Counted from the first letter of the stretch, positions 38,736-48,903 are shown. The stretch is DNA of 64,000 nt from Candidatus Krumholzibacteriia bacterium (GCA_963836185.1 CAWIIQ010000001.1:224001-288000), one strand, 5' to 3'. The notes: generated by a model from the sequence alone, not told the origin. Program-made: numbers and translations.

Positions 38736-41219
38736 CTAGCGCAGCAGGACCATTTTCCGCGTCTGTTTATCGCCGTCCTGGCTGAGGACGCAGAAGTATA
38801 TTCCCGATACGGCGTTATGGCCCGAGTCATCCCTGCCGTCCCACGTGACACTGTGCGGGCCCTCGCTCATCCACTTCTCTCGGAGTGTCTTGACCAGAGC
38901 GCCCCTGACGTCGTAGATCCTGATCGAAGCCTGCCCGCTTTTCGGCAGGTAGAAGGGGATCCACGTGCTCGGGTTGAACGGGTTCGGATAGTTCTGGTCG
39001 AGAAGGAGCGCCGGCGCCAGCCTGCCGTCGGCCATATCCTCGACACTGGAGGCGACTCCGATCGCTCCGAGTATACGCAGCTTCCCGTATCCCCAGGTAT
39101 CGTTGTAGACGGTCCCGGTGAACCCGTCTTCAAGAGCATGAGATGCGAGCAGCAGCTCTACCTCGGGCATCGTCGCGGAGGGCCATGCCTGCTGCACGAG
39201 GGCCGCCGCCGCGGCGACATGGGGCCCCGCCGCGCTCGTCCCGCTGAACTGGCGGTAAGAGCCGTTGGGGTACCCGTTGCTCGTCGTGTGTGACAGAGTC
39301 GAGTAGACGTCGTAGTTGCCGGGCGAGGTGATATCGAGAAGATGTTTCCCGTCTATTCTCCTTCCGCGCCCGCTGAACGCGCTGATCTCGCCGACAGGGA
39401 TCGACCCTCCGCCGACCCCGCCGTATCCCTCGAAGCCGCGGGTCGAGTACGATCCGTTGCAGAAGGCGCTGTCGCAGGTCGCCGGCCAGGTGACGTTTTC
39501 TTCGCTCGAGTTGTAGTTCGTGAACTCGGCTCCGCCGGCCCACGAAGAAAGATTGTCGGCTATATTGGATATGATCCTGTAATTATCACCGACCATGTTC
39601 AGGACGCTCACGGTAAGCTCCCACACACCCATGGCGTCCGGATGGGTGTTGTGATCGATGTAGAGGTCCATCTTGTTCGTGCCGCGGACGCTTGTCGAGA
39701 AATCCGTCCAGATATAGTAGTTATCGATGAGCTGCCATCCGCCGGTGAGCTCTTCCTCCGTGCCGTCAGGGGTGCGCAGCCTGAAGGACAGGCCCGTCAG
39801 GTCCCCCAGCCACAGCGTCGATCCGTAGACGTACTGGATTGCGTTGCCTCCATAAGTCGGCACGATCATCTCCAGCGTCCGGCTGCTCGCCGAGGGGATA
39901 TTCACTATCGCGTGCTTTCCGCCGCGGCCGAGATTGCCCGACGGCGTTATCTGTATGATCGTCTCGTTCTCGATCGAGATGATCTCCTCATCGAGGGTCG
40001 ACCCGTCGAGGAACTCCCATATGAATCCGCCGAACTCGTAGAGCATCACGTCCGCGCCGCGGGATCTCGCCCACGGGACGAGGTATGAGATCGGCACTCC
40101 GGAGAAGTAGTAACCGGCGAGCAGCTCTGCGTCGGGAGCGATGCCGCAGAACTTGTGGAGTCCGCGCGTTCCGCCGGCGACGATGCCCATCACGGCCGTG
40201 CCGTGCCCGTTGGTGTCGTCGTCGGAGAGCATCAGGTCGGTGCCGCGCACCCTCTCGGTCGAGTCGGCGTTCATCGTCGCGAATATCTTGGAGGTCCCCA
40301 GCTGGACGAGCTTTTCGCCGACGTCGAGCTCGCCGTCACCGTTGTCATCGAGGGCTACGAATATCGGTTCCCCGAATCCGGGCGTGCTCTCGGTGAATCC
40401 CCACACGGGCCCGAATTCCCTGCTGCCGCTGTAGTTCTGGTCGGCGTATATCCAGTCCCAGTAAGTCTGGTAGACATAGTCGTTGTTCGCCGGCGGCCCT
40501 CCGCCCCAGACATTGGCGTAGTCGAGGATATGCCCGTCCTGCAGCCTCAGTATCTCCCCGAAATCGAAAGAACCGTTGTCGTTGAGATCCACAAAGTCGT
40601 AATTCGGGTCGAAGGTGTTGTTCTCGTTGTCATCGATCCAGTTGAATGTGTCTCCGTCCGCGAAGAAGAAGGATGGATGGAAAACGTCTATGCCGGTGTC
40701 GAAATCGGCGACCCGCATCCCTTTTCCCGTGATGGGGAATCCCAGCGGGTCATCGACCGCCCACGCCGAGTCCGCCTCGATCTCCGGGACGCTGACATCG
40801 AGCGTAGGGTAGACTGCCGGCTTCCAGTTTGATTCGAGCCGGAGGACCTCACGGCGAGAACCGAGGCCGTCTATCTCGTCCCAGGGGATCTTGACAGGGT
40901 ATATCGCTCTCGTCCTCGCGATCTGCCCGTCGATGCGATAGAACTCGATCCCGTTCGATTCGAGATCGGAGATCTCCGCCCCGTTGAGGACGTGATCGAA
41001 TTTCACGGTCGCGACAGCTTTGTCGCCGCCCGCTGCCCCGAGCATCTCCCGCCGGGGATCGTGCGTCCTGATCGGTGAATTGCGCATGGAGCGCTGGAAC
41101 CTCATCTGGGCGTTCATCTTGCCGTCCGCCGAGGCGGGTCCGGAGTCGATCGAAGGGGCGAAAGCTATGCTGGATACAAAAGCGGCGAGTATGAAAAGAA
41201 CAGGGGTATGTCTTCTCAC
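38736..41219 (-). CDS. Secreted S8 peptidase with Ca-binding-like insertion and FlgD-Ig/T9SS-like CTD
   Basis: VADFDTGID, NGHGTAV, FSGRG, FSGTSAAGPHV and WGYGKL; QNYPNPFNP...RKMVLLR; GTG start after AAGGAG. Confidence 0.88.
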   Translation of the reverse strand: MRRHTPVLFILAAFVSSIAFAPSIDSGPASADGKMNAQMRFQRSMRNSPIRTHDPRREMLGAAGGDKAVATVKFDHVLNGAEISDLESNGIEFYRIDGQIARTRAIYPVKIPWDEIDGLGSRREVLRLESNWKPAVYPTLDVSVPEIEADSAWAVDDPLGFPITGKGMRVADFDTGIDVFHPSFFFADGDTFNWIDDNENNTFDPNYDFVDLNDNGSFDFGEILRLQDGHILDYANVWGGGPPANNDYVYQTYWDWIYADQNYSGSREFGPVWGFTESTPGFGEPIFVALDDNGDGELDVGEKLVQLGTSKIFATMNADSTERVRGTDLMLSDDDTNGHGTAVMGIVAGGTRGLHKFCGIAPDAELLAGYYFSGVPISYLVPWARSRGADVMLYEFGGFIWEFLDGSTLDEEIISIENETIIQITPSGNLGRGGKHAIVNIPSASSRTLEMIVPTYGGNAIQYVYGSTLWLGDLTGLSFRLRTPDGTEEELTGGWQLIDNYYIWTDFSTSVRGTNKMDLYIDHNTHPDAMGVWELTVSVLNMVGDNYRIISNIADNLSSWAGGAEFTNYNSSEENVTWPATCDSAFCNGSYSTRGFEGYGGVGGGSIPVGEISAFSGRGRRIDGKHLLDITSPGNYDVYSTLSHTTSNGYPNGSYRQFSGTSAAGPHVAAAAALVQQAWPSATMPEVELLLASHALEDGFTGTVYNDTWGYGKLRILGAIGVASSVEDMADGRLAPALLLDQNYPNPFNPSTWIPFYLPKSGQASIRIYDVRGALVKTLREKWMSEGPHSVTWDGRDDSGHNAVSGIYFCVLSQDGDKQTRKMVLLR

Positions 41220-41382
41220 GGTGTGCTCCTTCCGGTACAGTGCCCGGTGTGCGCGGGACAGGCGGGGAGTCCGAGTCGACATAAGTAAAATAATACATTT
41301 TTATGGCAGGGAAAAACGAAATTCATATATAGTCTGGTTGCAAAAGGGATTACGGCAACACGGCCGTCCCGGAAGGAGCAGG

Positions 41383-42777
41383 ATGCCCGTTAAAGCAATG
41401 AACGATATATCAGCCGCTTCGCTGCGGCGCCTTTTAATGATCCTTGTCGCTCTCATCGCTTTCACTGTCGGCGCCGCGTACGCGGGGGAGATCCCGTCGT
41501 CCGCTCTCTCGCTGTCGGGGGCCGATACTGTCTCCGCTATTACGTCCACATCCGTCACGGAGAAGGTGACTCACTGGGACTGGGGATTCCGTTTCAGGCT
41601 CAGGGAGACATATATCGTCAACCCGTTCGACCTGACGTACGACAATTTCGACGACCTGCATTTCTTCAGGTTCAGGACGCAGCTCTGGGGGGCGTACATC
41701 CCGAATGAATCGTGGAAGATCCACACTATGCTCAATAATGAGCACCGCCGATGGTTCAAGCCGGAGGGGGTGGATTTCACCTGGAACGAGGTGATATTCG
41801 AGAGCCTCTACATCGAGGGTAAAAAGATCGGCGATACCCCGTACGGGTTCAAGATCGGCCGGCAGAACATCTTCTACGGCGAAGGGCTGATCTGCTGGGA
41901 CGGCGGGCCTCTCGACGGTTCGAGGACCGCCTACTTCAACGCGGCCCTTCTACAGGGAGACTGGGGGAAGAGGCGGCTCGACGCCCACTTCATATCTGAT
42001 CCGGAGAAGGACGAGTACCTCCCCGTGATAAACAGCCAGGACCGGTACCTGATCGAGTGGGACGAGACGGGCGCCGGGCTATACTATACGGACGAATCAT
42101 TCGATGACGCGAAGTTTGAGGCATACTACTTCTTCAAGAACGAGGACGATCCCGACGGCGTCTTCCCTGAGAGCGACATCCATACGGTAGGAGGGAGGGC
42201 CACGGGGAGGTCGCTGGAAGCCTTTGACTACGCCCTTGAGTTCGCCGGACAGATCGGGGACCGCGGCGATGCGAAACGCCTCGCGTGGGGAGGATACCTC
42301 TGGGGAAAATACGATGATCCCGGGGATGCCTTTCCTCTCGGAGTGGGGATCGGGGGATTCATCCTTTCGGGTGACAAGCCCGGGACCGATGACTACGAGG
42401 GGTGGAACCCGGTCTACGCGCGCTGGCCGAAGTGGAGCGAGCTCTACATATACACACTCGTCAACGAGCGAGGCGTCGCTTACTGGGAGAACATCTCTTC
42501 GGGATGGCTGAACGTCTCATGGAACACCAATCCGCGAGTCCAGGTAGACTGCAGGCTCTACTGTATGTGGGCCCTCGAGCAGGCGCCGGATCCTGACCGC
42601 CCGGTCTTCGGCGAAGGCGATTTTCGCGGGATGCTCTCCGAGATCAAGCTTAAGTGGAACTGGACCGAGTACCTCAGCGGGCATTTTCTCTGGGAAGCCC
42701 TGATGCCGGGCGATTATTACGCCGAGGGGAGCGACTACTCCCATTTTCTCCGATGGGAGTTGTACTTCAGGTACTAG
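41383..42777 (+). CDS. Alginate export (AlgE-like) family outer-membrane porin
   Basis: FRFRLRE, RFRTQL, KIGRQNIFYGEG, HTVGGR, EFAGQIG and LSGD motifs; C-terminal WELYFRY. Confidence 0.78.
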   Translation: MPVKAMNDISAASLRRLLMILVALIAFTVGAAYAGEIPSSALSLSGADTVSAITSTSVTEKVTHWDWGFRFRLRETYIVNPFDLTYDNFDDLHFFRFRTQLWGAYIPNESWKIHTMLNNEHRRWFKPEGVDFTWNEVIFESLYIEGKKIGDTPYGFKIGRQNIFYGEGLICWDGGPLDGSRTAYFNAALLQGDWGKRRLDAHFISDPEKDEYLPVINSQDRYLIEWDETGAGLYYTDESFDDAKFEAYYFFKNEDDPDGVFPESDIHTVGGRATGRSLEAFDYALEFAGQIGDRGDAKRLAWGGYLWGKYDDPGDAFPLGVGIGGFILSGDKPGTDDYEGWNPVYARWPKWSELYIYTLVNERGVAYWENISSGWLNVSWNTNPRVQVDCRLYCMWALEQAPDPDRPVFGEGDFRGMLSEIKLKWNWTEYLSGHFLWEALMPGDYYAEGSDYSHFLRWELYFRY

Positions 42778-42875
42778 GAGAGTTGTACTTCAAATACCAC
42801 GCCGCGTGTGCTACCATTGCGGCGACTTCACCAGGGGATGATTCACAACTTAATACGGCTGGCAAGGAGGTTGTC

Positions 42876-43136
42876 ATGTCGGAGATAGAGGTGGGCAGGG
42901 TAGAGGATTACTTTGCCCATATCGGCGTCGTCGCTATCGAGGTGACCGCCGAAGGGATCAATGTTGGTGATACCCTGCACTTCAAGGGACACACTACCGA
43001 CTTTATGGAGAAGGTCACTTCCATGCAGGTCGATCACGAGTCGGTCTTGGAGGCGCCTGTCGGCTCGCAGGTCGGTATCAAGGTCGATGACCGTGTCAGG
43101 ATCCATGACATGGTCCTGAAGGTCATGGAAGACTGA
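42876..43136 (+). CDS. Small translation elongation factor-like beta-barrel protein (U32 C-terminal-like)
   Basis: VGRVEDYFAHIGVVAI..VGDTLHFKGHTTDF..V.SMQVDH..VGIKV..RVR; AAGGAGG RBS. Confidence 0.85.
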   Translation: MSEIEVGRVEDYFAHIGVVAIEVTAEGINVGDTLHFKGHTTDFMEKVTSMQVDHESVLEAPVGSQVGIKVDDRVRIHDMVLKVMED

Positions 43137-43203
43137 AAGGCCACAGGGGACCAGGACGGCCTGTCAGTACCAGGTCATGTAGTCGTTCAGAGTGGCGGAT
43201 AAG

Positions 43204-43238
43204 TGAGTAAAATTACCCATAATGGTAATGGACTACCA
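43204..43238. promoter_or_regulatory. Tandem palindromic enhancer sites for a sigma-54 activator
   Basis: TGAGTAAAATTACCCA and TGGTAATGGACTACCA, about 150-180 bp upstream of a sigma-54 motif. Confidence 0.6.
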
Positions 43239-43386
43239 TTATTGATGTTAGGCCGACGAATGTGACCCTGATGGAGCACTGTCTCTACCCTGATTGCACC
43301 TGACGGTACACTTATCCTCCTGTCACAATATCTGACTTTTTCCATAACTCGTTATCATCCCGCACGTTCGTTCGTTCCATCGGAAG

Positions 43387-43401
43387 GGGCACGGGGATTG
43401 C
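43387..43401 (+). promoter_or_regulatory. Sigma-54 promoter
   Basis: GGGCAC-GGGGA-TTGC upstream of the gene at 43476. Confidence 0.7.
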
Positions 43402-43475
43402 CTTAACACGAGATGAATGGGCGCCCACAGCAGTCAGTACAGACAAGACTCGAAACCGATGGAGGAAGCATTAAC

Positions 43476-43853
43476 ATGCTGAGGAAAAGTATCATAGTGC
43501 TCGCACTGGGCCTGCTTCTCGCGGCCCCGGCGACAGCAAGGATGTATTTCGACGGAACGATGCTCGTATCACCGCAGGTATTCGTCCTCGATCACCAGGG
43601 ATCAGAAGTTTCCATTCACACGGAAGTGCCATACAGCGGTATCATACGTTCCAGTGTCGTGCTTCGCGGCGCGAACGGCGTAACGATAACGCCCAAGTAC
43701 CTCGCAAGTGACCTGAGGGGGAATCTTGTAGCGAAGTTCACGTCCGATGATATGAGGAAGATCGTCGAGACCCCGAGAACGGATCTCATGCTTACAGGGA
43801 CCTATTCGGACAACGGGACCATTTCCCTTCACGCGACGATCACCGTCAAGTGA
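43476..43853 (+). CDS. Small secreted beta-sandwich protein of unknown function
   Basis: GGAGG RBS, signal peptide ending APATA, 125 aa; DLRGNLVAKF and LMLTG motifs. Confidence 0.75.
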   Translation: MLRKSIIVLALGLLLAAPATARMYFDGTMLVSPQVFVLDHQGSEVSIHTEVPYSGIIRSSVVLRGANGVTITPKYLASDLRGNLVAKFTSDDMRKIVETPRTDLMLTGTYSDNGTISLHATITVK

Positions 43854-43907
43854 CACAGGGTGTTCACACTCACTGATCGATCCTGATCGATCAGGCTCCT
43901 TGTAGAG

Positions 43908-43941
43908 AAAGAGCCGCCCCCGACGGGGCGGCTCTTCTTTT
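43908..43941. terminator. Bidirectional intrinsic terminator
   Basis: AAAGAGCCGCCCC-cgac-GGGGCGGCTCTTCTTTT between convergent genes. Confidence 0.85.
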
Positions 43942-43962
43942 CATCACGTATGCGGCAGCGGA

Positions 43963-45441
43963 CTACTGGCCGGAGGGCCTCTCCAGTCCGTAATTCTGCC
44001 TCTTGTCCGCTTTCTTGAGCAGGAACGCGAGGTAGATCGAGACCACGCCGAGCCCTACAAGCATCAGGATCGGGATCGTGTAGTTGTACGTCGCGATCTC
44101 CCCCGACGCCTTCATCAAGTCGATCTCTGTCGAGATCTCCTCGGGACTCAGTCCCGCGGCAGTAAATTTATCGCGGGCGGCCGCCATCTGGCTGACCGTG
44201 GTCGGGTTGACCATGTCGAGGACCTTGCCGATCCCGTAGTAGAATGCCGCAAGCCCGTAGTTCTGGATCGTGAACATAGTCGCGTACGCCGTTCCGAGCC
44301 TGTTCTCGGCTACGATCTTCGCGACCGACGGCCACATCGCCGCAGGTACGAGAGAGAAGGCCACGCCCAGAGCGAAGAGGCCGGTATATCCGAGGAACTT
44401 GACGTCCAGCACCGAAAGAGTAAGGTGCGCGTAGATCAGAAGTATCGAACCGAGGATCATCAGCGAGGCGGCCTTGCCCTTGGCGTCGACGAGGCGGCCG
44501 AATATCGGTGTGAAGATGATCGTTCCGAGCGGGATAAGTCCGCTCACCTTCGGTCCGTTGTTGAGGTACGCCCCGATCTTCTGAAAGAACGACATTCCCG
44601 CCAGGTCGGGAAGTACGTATGTGAACCCGAACTTGTTCACCAGCAGATCCGGCGCGTACTGGAGGAACGGGAAGACAGCGGAGTAGAACGCCACGCAGAG
44701 AAGCGAGATGTATATGAACGAATGGTCCGTGATCAGCTTCACGAGATCGCTGAACTTGAACTCATCTTCATGTACTACCTCGCCGCTTTCAGCCGCCTGT
44801 TCCGCCAGCTGGCGGTCGAGCTTCTTGTCGAGGCCGAGATAGGCGATAAAGAAGAGCGTGCCGAGCATGATGATCGAAGCGGAGATGACCAGAGCGTTGC
44901 TCAGGTTCCCGCCGCCGAGATCGAGGGAGAACGATATGGCCATGAAGCTTCCGAGCCTTCCGACCACGATGTTCATCCCCATTGCGAACGCGAGCTCTTT
45001 CCCCTTGAACCATTTGACGATCGTACGGCTTATAAGCACGCACGTCGTCTCCAGTCCTATTCCGAAGAGTATTCGTCCCACGACCATCGACCAGAGCATC
45101 TGGTTCTTGCTCTTGCCGAAGTAACCCATGCTGCCGGCCCATACGACGAAGGCGCCGATCGTCGCGATGACGGCGAGGATCACTCCGACTTTGCGGATCC
45201 CCCACTTGTCCAGGGCGATTCCACCGAGGATGATCATCAGGGCCAGGTTGGCCCATGTAGTAGAACTGATGAGGAGTCCGAACTGGGAGCTTGTGAATCC
45301 CAGCTGGCTCTCGAACAGGCCCTTCAGGGGTCCGAGACCGTCCTGAAACCAGTACGTTCCGAACATCAGAACGCTGATCATGAACAGCACGGAGAACCTC
45401 ATGGCCTTCGAGTCCTTCAGAAGCTTAACAGCCTGGTTCAT
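43963..45441 (-). CDS. MFS transporter
   Basis: GGIALDKWGIR, GRILFGIGLE, VKWFKGKELAFAMG and LVPAAMWPSVAKIV..LGTAY motifs. Confidence 0.88.
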   Translation of the reverse strand: MNQAVKLLKDSKAMRFSVLFMISVLMFGTYWFQDGLGPLKGLFESQLGFTSSQFGLLISSTTWANLALMIILGGIALDKWGIRKVGVILAVIATIGAFVVWAGSMGYFGKSKNQMLWSMVVGRILFGIGLETTCVLISRTIVKWFKGKELAFAMGMNIVVGRLGSFMAISFSLDLGGGNLSNALVISASIIMLGTLFFIAYLGLDKKLDRQLAEQAAESGEVVHEDEFKFSDLVKLITDHSFIYISLLCVAFYSAVFPFLQYAPDLLVNKFGFTYVLPDLAGMSFFQKIGAYLNNGPKVSGLIPLGTIIFTPIFGRLVDAKGKAASLMILGSILLIYAHLTLSVLDVKFLGYTGLFALGVAFSLVPAAMWPSVAKIVAENRLGTAYATMFTIQNYGLAAFYYGIGKVLDMVNPTTVSQMAAARDKFTAAGLSPEEISTEIDLMKASGEIATYNYTIPILMLVGLGVVSIYLAFLLKKADKRQNYGLERPSGQ

Positions 45442-45644
45442 AGATCCTCTCCGTCAAGGGGTTGAGTGACGATGCAGCGGCACTTTTCCGGCCGCCGACG
45501 GATGGAATAATATACTACAGACCCGCGGCTGGCCCCAAGTGTTTTATGACGGTCTCTGTATCCGGAAAAGTGCTTCAAAAGGGTTATTAGCGGGTCTATG
45601 CATGAGACGGTGCTGCGGGGCCTGATATATGATATCATCCGGGC

Positions 45645-47174
45645 GTGATTATAGATAATGACAATGAGAAAGCGATGATCGGCCATCCCGAGAGCGATAC
45701 CCCGTTCTGCGCCGATCTGCCGACCTCGCCGCGCCGCGACATCGGAACCGTACTCGTGACCGGCGCTTCGGGTTATATCGGGGGCCGACTGGTGCCCGAG
45801 CTGATGCTTAGAGGATACCGCGTCAGGGCGATGGTAAGGGGCGGAGCAGCGGAGATCACCCGACGCTGGCCGGGAGTCGAGGTCGTGGTAGCCGACGCGC
45901 TCGACAGGCCAAGCCTCGTCGCCGCGCTCGAGGGAGTCGACACGGCGTACTACCTGATCCACTCGATGCTGCTCGGGCCTGGCGAATTCGCGGGAGCTGA
46001 CGCGAAAGCAGCGGAAAATTTCGCCGAAGTCGCGGCTGAATGCGGGGTGAGGAGGATCATCTACCTCGGCGGCCTCGGCGATGTTCGTAGCGATCTCTCA
46101 ACGCATCTCCGCAGCCGGATGGAAGTGGCGAAGCGGCTGCGGGACGGGCCGGTTCCGGTCACGATCCTCCGTGCGGCTATCATAATCGGTTCGGGAAGCG
46201 CTTCATACGAGATACTCAGCAGCCTTGCAGCCAGGCTCCCCCTGATATTAACGCCCCGCGAGGCCGGGACCCTCTGCCAGCCGATCGCGATCCGCGATGT
46301 CGTCAAGTACCTCGTAGGGTCGCTCGAATCGGAGGAGACGGCCGGGGGCAGCTTCGACATCGGCGGCGACGAGGTGATGTCGTACAGGGAGATGATGAAG
46401 ATCATCGCGCAGGTCCTCGACAGGCGGCGCCTGCTGATAACGATGCCGCTGTTCAGCCTGAAGACATTCGGATATGCCGCCGGCCTGCTGACGCCGGTGC
46501 CGGGTCCCATCACCATAAGCCTGATGGAAGGTATGAAGAACGATGTGATCTGCGAGGACAGTTCGATCAGGAGGATAATCCCGTTCGATCCGCTCCCATA
46601 CAGGACCGCGCTGGTCAGAGCGATGACCAGGGAGGAGCAGGACCGCGTTCATACGAGATGGTCCGATGCCTATCCGCCTGCCCATGAGCTGGCGATCAAG
46701 CTCGAAGAGGTCCACGACCGCCCGATGTACACCGGTTCGAGTTCAATGGAGACGGCGAAGACTGCCGACGCTCTTTTTGACTCTATCTGCCGCATCGGCG
46801 GGCGCGAGGGATGGTTCCACGGCAACTGGCTGTGGAGGGTCCGGGGAGCGTTCGACCGCATCATAATGGGGGTCGGAACGCGCAGGGGCAGAAAGAAAGC
46901 GAGCGGCCTTGCCGAAGGGGACGTCGTCGACTTCTGGCGGGTCGAGGATATAATCCCCGCGAGGCGGCTTCTGCTGCGGGCCGAGATGAAGATGCCGGGA
47001 AAGGCATGGCTCGAGTTTCACATCGGTGATCACGGCGACCGCAGGGAACTGTCGCTTACTGCCCGCTACATGACCGCTACTCTGTTCGGCCGCGCCTACT
47101 GGTACTTCTTCCTCCCCTTTCACCGGTTCATCTTCAAGGGGCTGATCAGGCAGATAGAGGAGAGAAGCCGGTAA
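45645..47174 (+). CDS. SDR-like NAD(P)-binding protein with DUF2867 domain (YbjT-like)
   Basis: VTGASGYIGGRL, AYYLIHSM, HLRSR.EV, IIGSGSASYE, IGGREGW, DFWRVE and LRAEMKMPGKAWL. Start uncertain. Confidence 0.88.
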   Translation: MIIDNDNEKAMIGHPESDTPFCADLPTSPRRDIGTVLVTGASGYIGGRLVPELMLRGYRVRAMVRGGAAEITRRWPGVEVVVADALDRPSLVAALEGVDTAYYLIHSMLLGPGEFAGADAKAAENFAEVAAECGVRRIIYLGGLGDVRSDLSTHLRSRMEVAKRLRDGPVPVTILRAAIIIGSGSASYEILSSLAARLPLILTPREAGTLCQPIAIRDVVKYLVGSLESEETAGGSFDIGGDEVMSYREMMKIIAQVLDRRRLLITMPLFSLKTFGYAAGLLTPVPGPITISLMEGMKNDVICEDSSIRRIIPFDPLPYRTALVRAMTREEQDRVHTRWSDAYPPAHELAIKLEEVHDRPMYTGSSSMETAKTADALFDSICRIGGREGWFHGNWLWRVRGAFDRIIMGVGTRRGRKKASGLAEGDVVDFWRVEDIIPARRLLLRAEMKMPGKAWLEFHIGDHGDRRELSLTARYMTATLFGRAYWYFFLPFHRFIFKGLIRQIEERSR

Positions 47175-47318
47175 CTAGAGCCTGGACGCGCGAGCACACT
47201 GCCGTTCCTGTCCAAAAGACACACTTGACTGTAAAACGTTCCTCGCTGAATATTGCTGTCGCAATAAGATTCTGTTCAGAGAAGAATCGAGATCCAATAC
47301 ATAAACAAAGGAGACCAG

Positions 47319-48632
47319 ATGATCCGCCTACTCATTATCGCCGGCCTGCTGTTCGGAACGGCACTTTCATCGTGCGGGGGCTCTGACCCGAAGGCGCAGC
47401 GCGCCGCCGTCGACAAAGTCGCAGAATCTTACGTGAAGCTCAGCCTCGTTCTGGGGCAGTACGATTCCGACTATGTCGACGCATACACCGGACCCGAAGA
47501 GTGGAAGCCCGCGCCGCTCCCTGAGGGTGAGGACCATTCGATCCCGTCGGCGGAGATCGCGGCGAAGGCCGATGCCCTGGTCGCAGAGCTCGACGGGGTA
47601 GATGTATGTGTGCTGAGCGACCTGGAACAGCGCCGTGTGAAGTTCCTTCGCAGGCACATCATCTCGCTGAAGGCGCGCGCCGAGCTGGTCGGCGGAAAGA
47701 AGATGACATTCGACGAGGAATCGAAGGCCCTCTACGATGCTGTCGCCGAGCCGGCAGACATTGCGGCGCTCGATGCTGCGCTTGCCGACCTGGAAGTCCT
47801 CGTTCCAGGCGACGGAGATCTCTCATCGCGGGTCGAGGCGTACAGGGCGGATTTCACGATCCCGAAGGACAAGGTGGATGCGGTCTTCACGAGGGCGATC
47901 GAGGAGGCACGCTCCCGGACACTTCCGTATATCCCGCTTCCCGAGGGAGAGAGCTTCGACAAGGAGTATGTCACTGGCGTTTCGTGGGGCGCCTACAACT
48001 GGTACAAGGGCGACTACAGGTCCCTAATCCAGGTGAACATCGAGCTGCCGGTGCGGATCAGTTCGCCGCTCGGGCTCGCCGTGCACGAGGGGTACCCGGG
48101 GCATCACGTCCAGAACGTCCTTGTCGAGAAGAACATGCTGGGTGACAACGGCTGGATGGAATACACGGTGCAGCCCCTTTACTGTCCGCAGGCGACACTG
48201 AACGAGGGAGGGGCGAACCTCGGCGTGAAGATAGCTTTCACCGAGGAAGAACGCGTCGCCTTTATCCGCGACGTCCTCTTTCCGATGGCTGGGCTCGATC
48301 CCGCGAGGGCCGAGGAGTACCTGAAGTTCGAGACGCTTACGAGGAACCTGCGCGGGGGGAGGACCGAGGCCGTCCGCAAGTATCTCGATGGCGACTGGAC
48401 GAGGGAAGAGGCTAACAAGTTCCTGCAGAAGTACGCGCTGATGACCGAGGCGAGGGCCGACATGTACCTGCGCTTCGGCGAGAAGTACCGCAGCTATGTC
48501 GTCACATACGTCGTCGGCCTGCAGATGGTAAGGGATTATATCGAGCGTGAGGCGGGCGATGACACCGCGCGGCGATGGGAACTGATGAGGGAGATATATG
48601 CGGTTCCGCACCTCCCGTCGGATCTTCAGTAG
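47319..48632 (+). CDS. Lipoprotein with DUF885-like HEGYPGHH putative metallopeptidase motif
   Basis: Lipobox LSSC; VDAYTGP, WGAYNWY.G, HEGYPGHH, NEGGAN and YRSYVVTY motifs. Confidence 0.78.
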   Translation: MIRLLIIAGLLFGTALSSCGGSDPKAQRAAVDKVAESYVKLSLVLGQYDSDYVDAYTGPEEWKPAPLPEGEDHSIPSAEIAAKADALVAELDGVDVCVLSDLEQRRVKFLRRHIISLKARAELVGGKKMTFDEESKALYDAVAEPADIAALDAALADLEVLVPGDGDLSSRVEAYRADFTIPKDKVDAVFTRAIEEARSRTLPYIPLPEGESFDKEYVTGVSWGAYNWYKGDYRSLIQVNIELPVRISSPLGLAVHEGYPGHHVQNVLVEKNMLGDNGWMEYTVQPLYCPQATLNEGGANLGVKIAFTEEERVAFIRDVLFPMAGLDPARAEEYLKFETLTRNLRGGRTEAVRKYLDGDWTREEANKFLQKYALMTEARADMYLRFGEKYRSYVVTYVVGLQMVRDYIEREAGDDTARRWELMREIYAVPHLPSDLQ

Positions 48633-48745
48633 CCGGACCTCCAGCAGTCTTCTCTGGAGCTGTCCATCCTGGAACGTAAGGTACTTCCGCCGGGATCAAA
48701 TTCCCGCGATGATTCGCAAATATCCTGCATCAATCAGGAAATACG

Positions 48746-48778
48746 AAAACCACTCCCGGCGCCGGGAGTGGTTTTTTT
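48746..48778 (+). terminator. Intrinsic terminator
   Basis: AAAACCACTCCCGG-cg-CCGGGAGTGGTTTTTTT. Confidence 0.85.
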
Positions 48779-48903
48779 GTAGCGAACTTCGCTTCGAAAA
48801 AGTGGCAGATTTTCCACCGCCACCTGTGGCGGTAAAAATCCTGTCATGGCGCAATAGTCCTGTTGTCAGAGGTATTTGCGCAATCTGAAATTCCTGCCAG
48901 ATA

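Noticed and set aside
41020-41382. Long N-terminal extension of the porin ORF
   Set aside because: It overlaps the divergent S8 gene, and the RBS and signal peptide indicate a start at 41383 or later.
48803-48846. Integron attC site
   Set aside because: There are no RYYYAAC/GTTRRRY ends and no integrase or cassette array.
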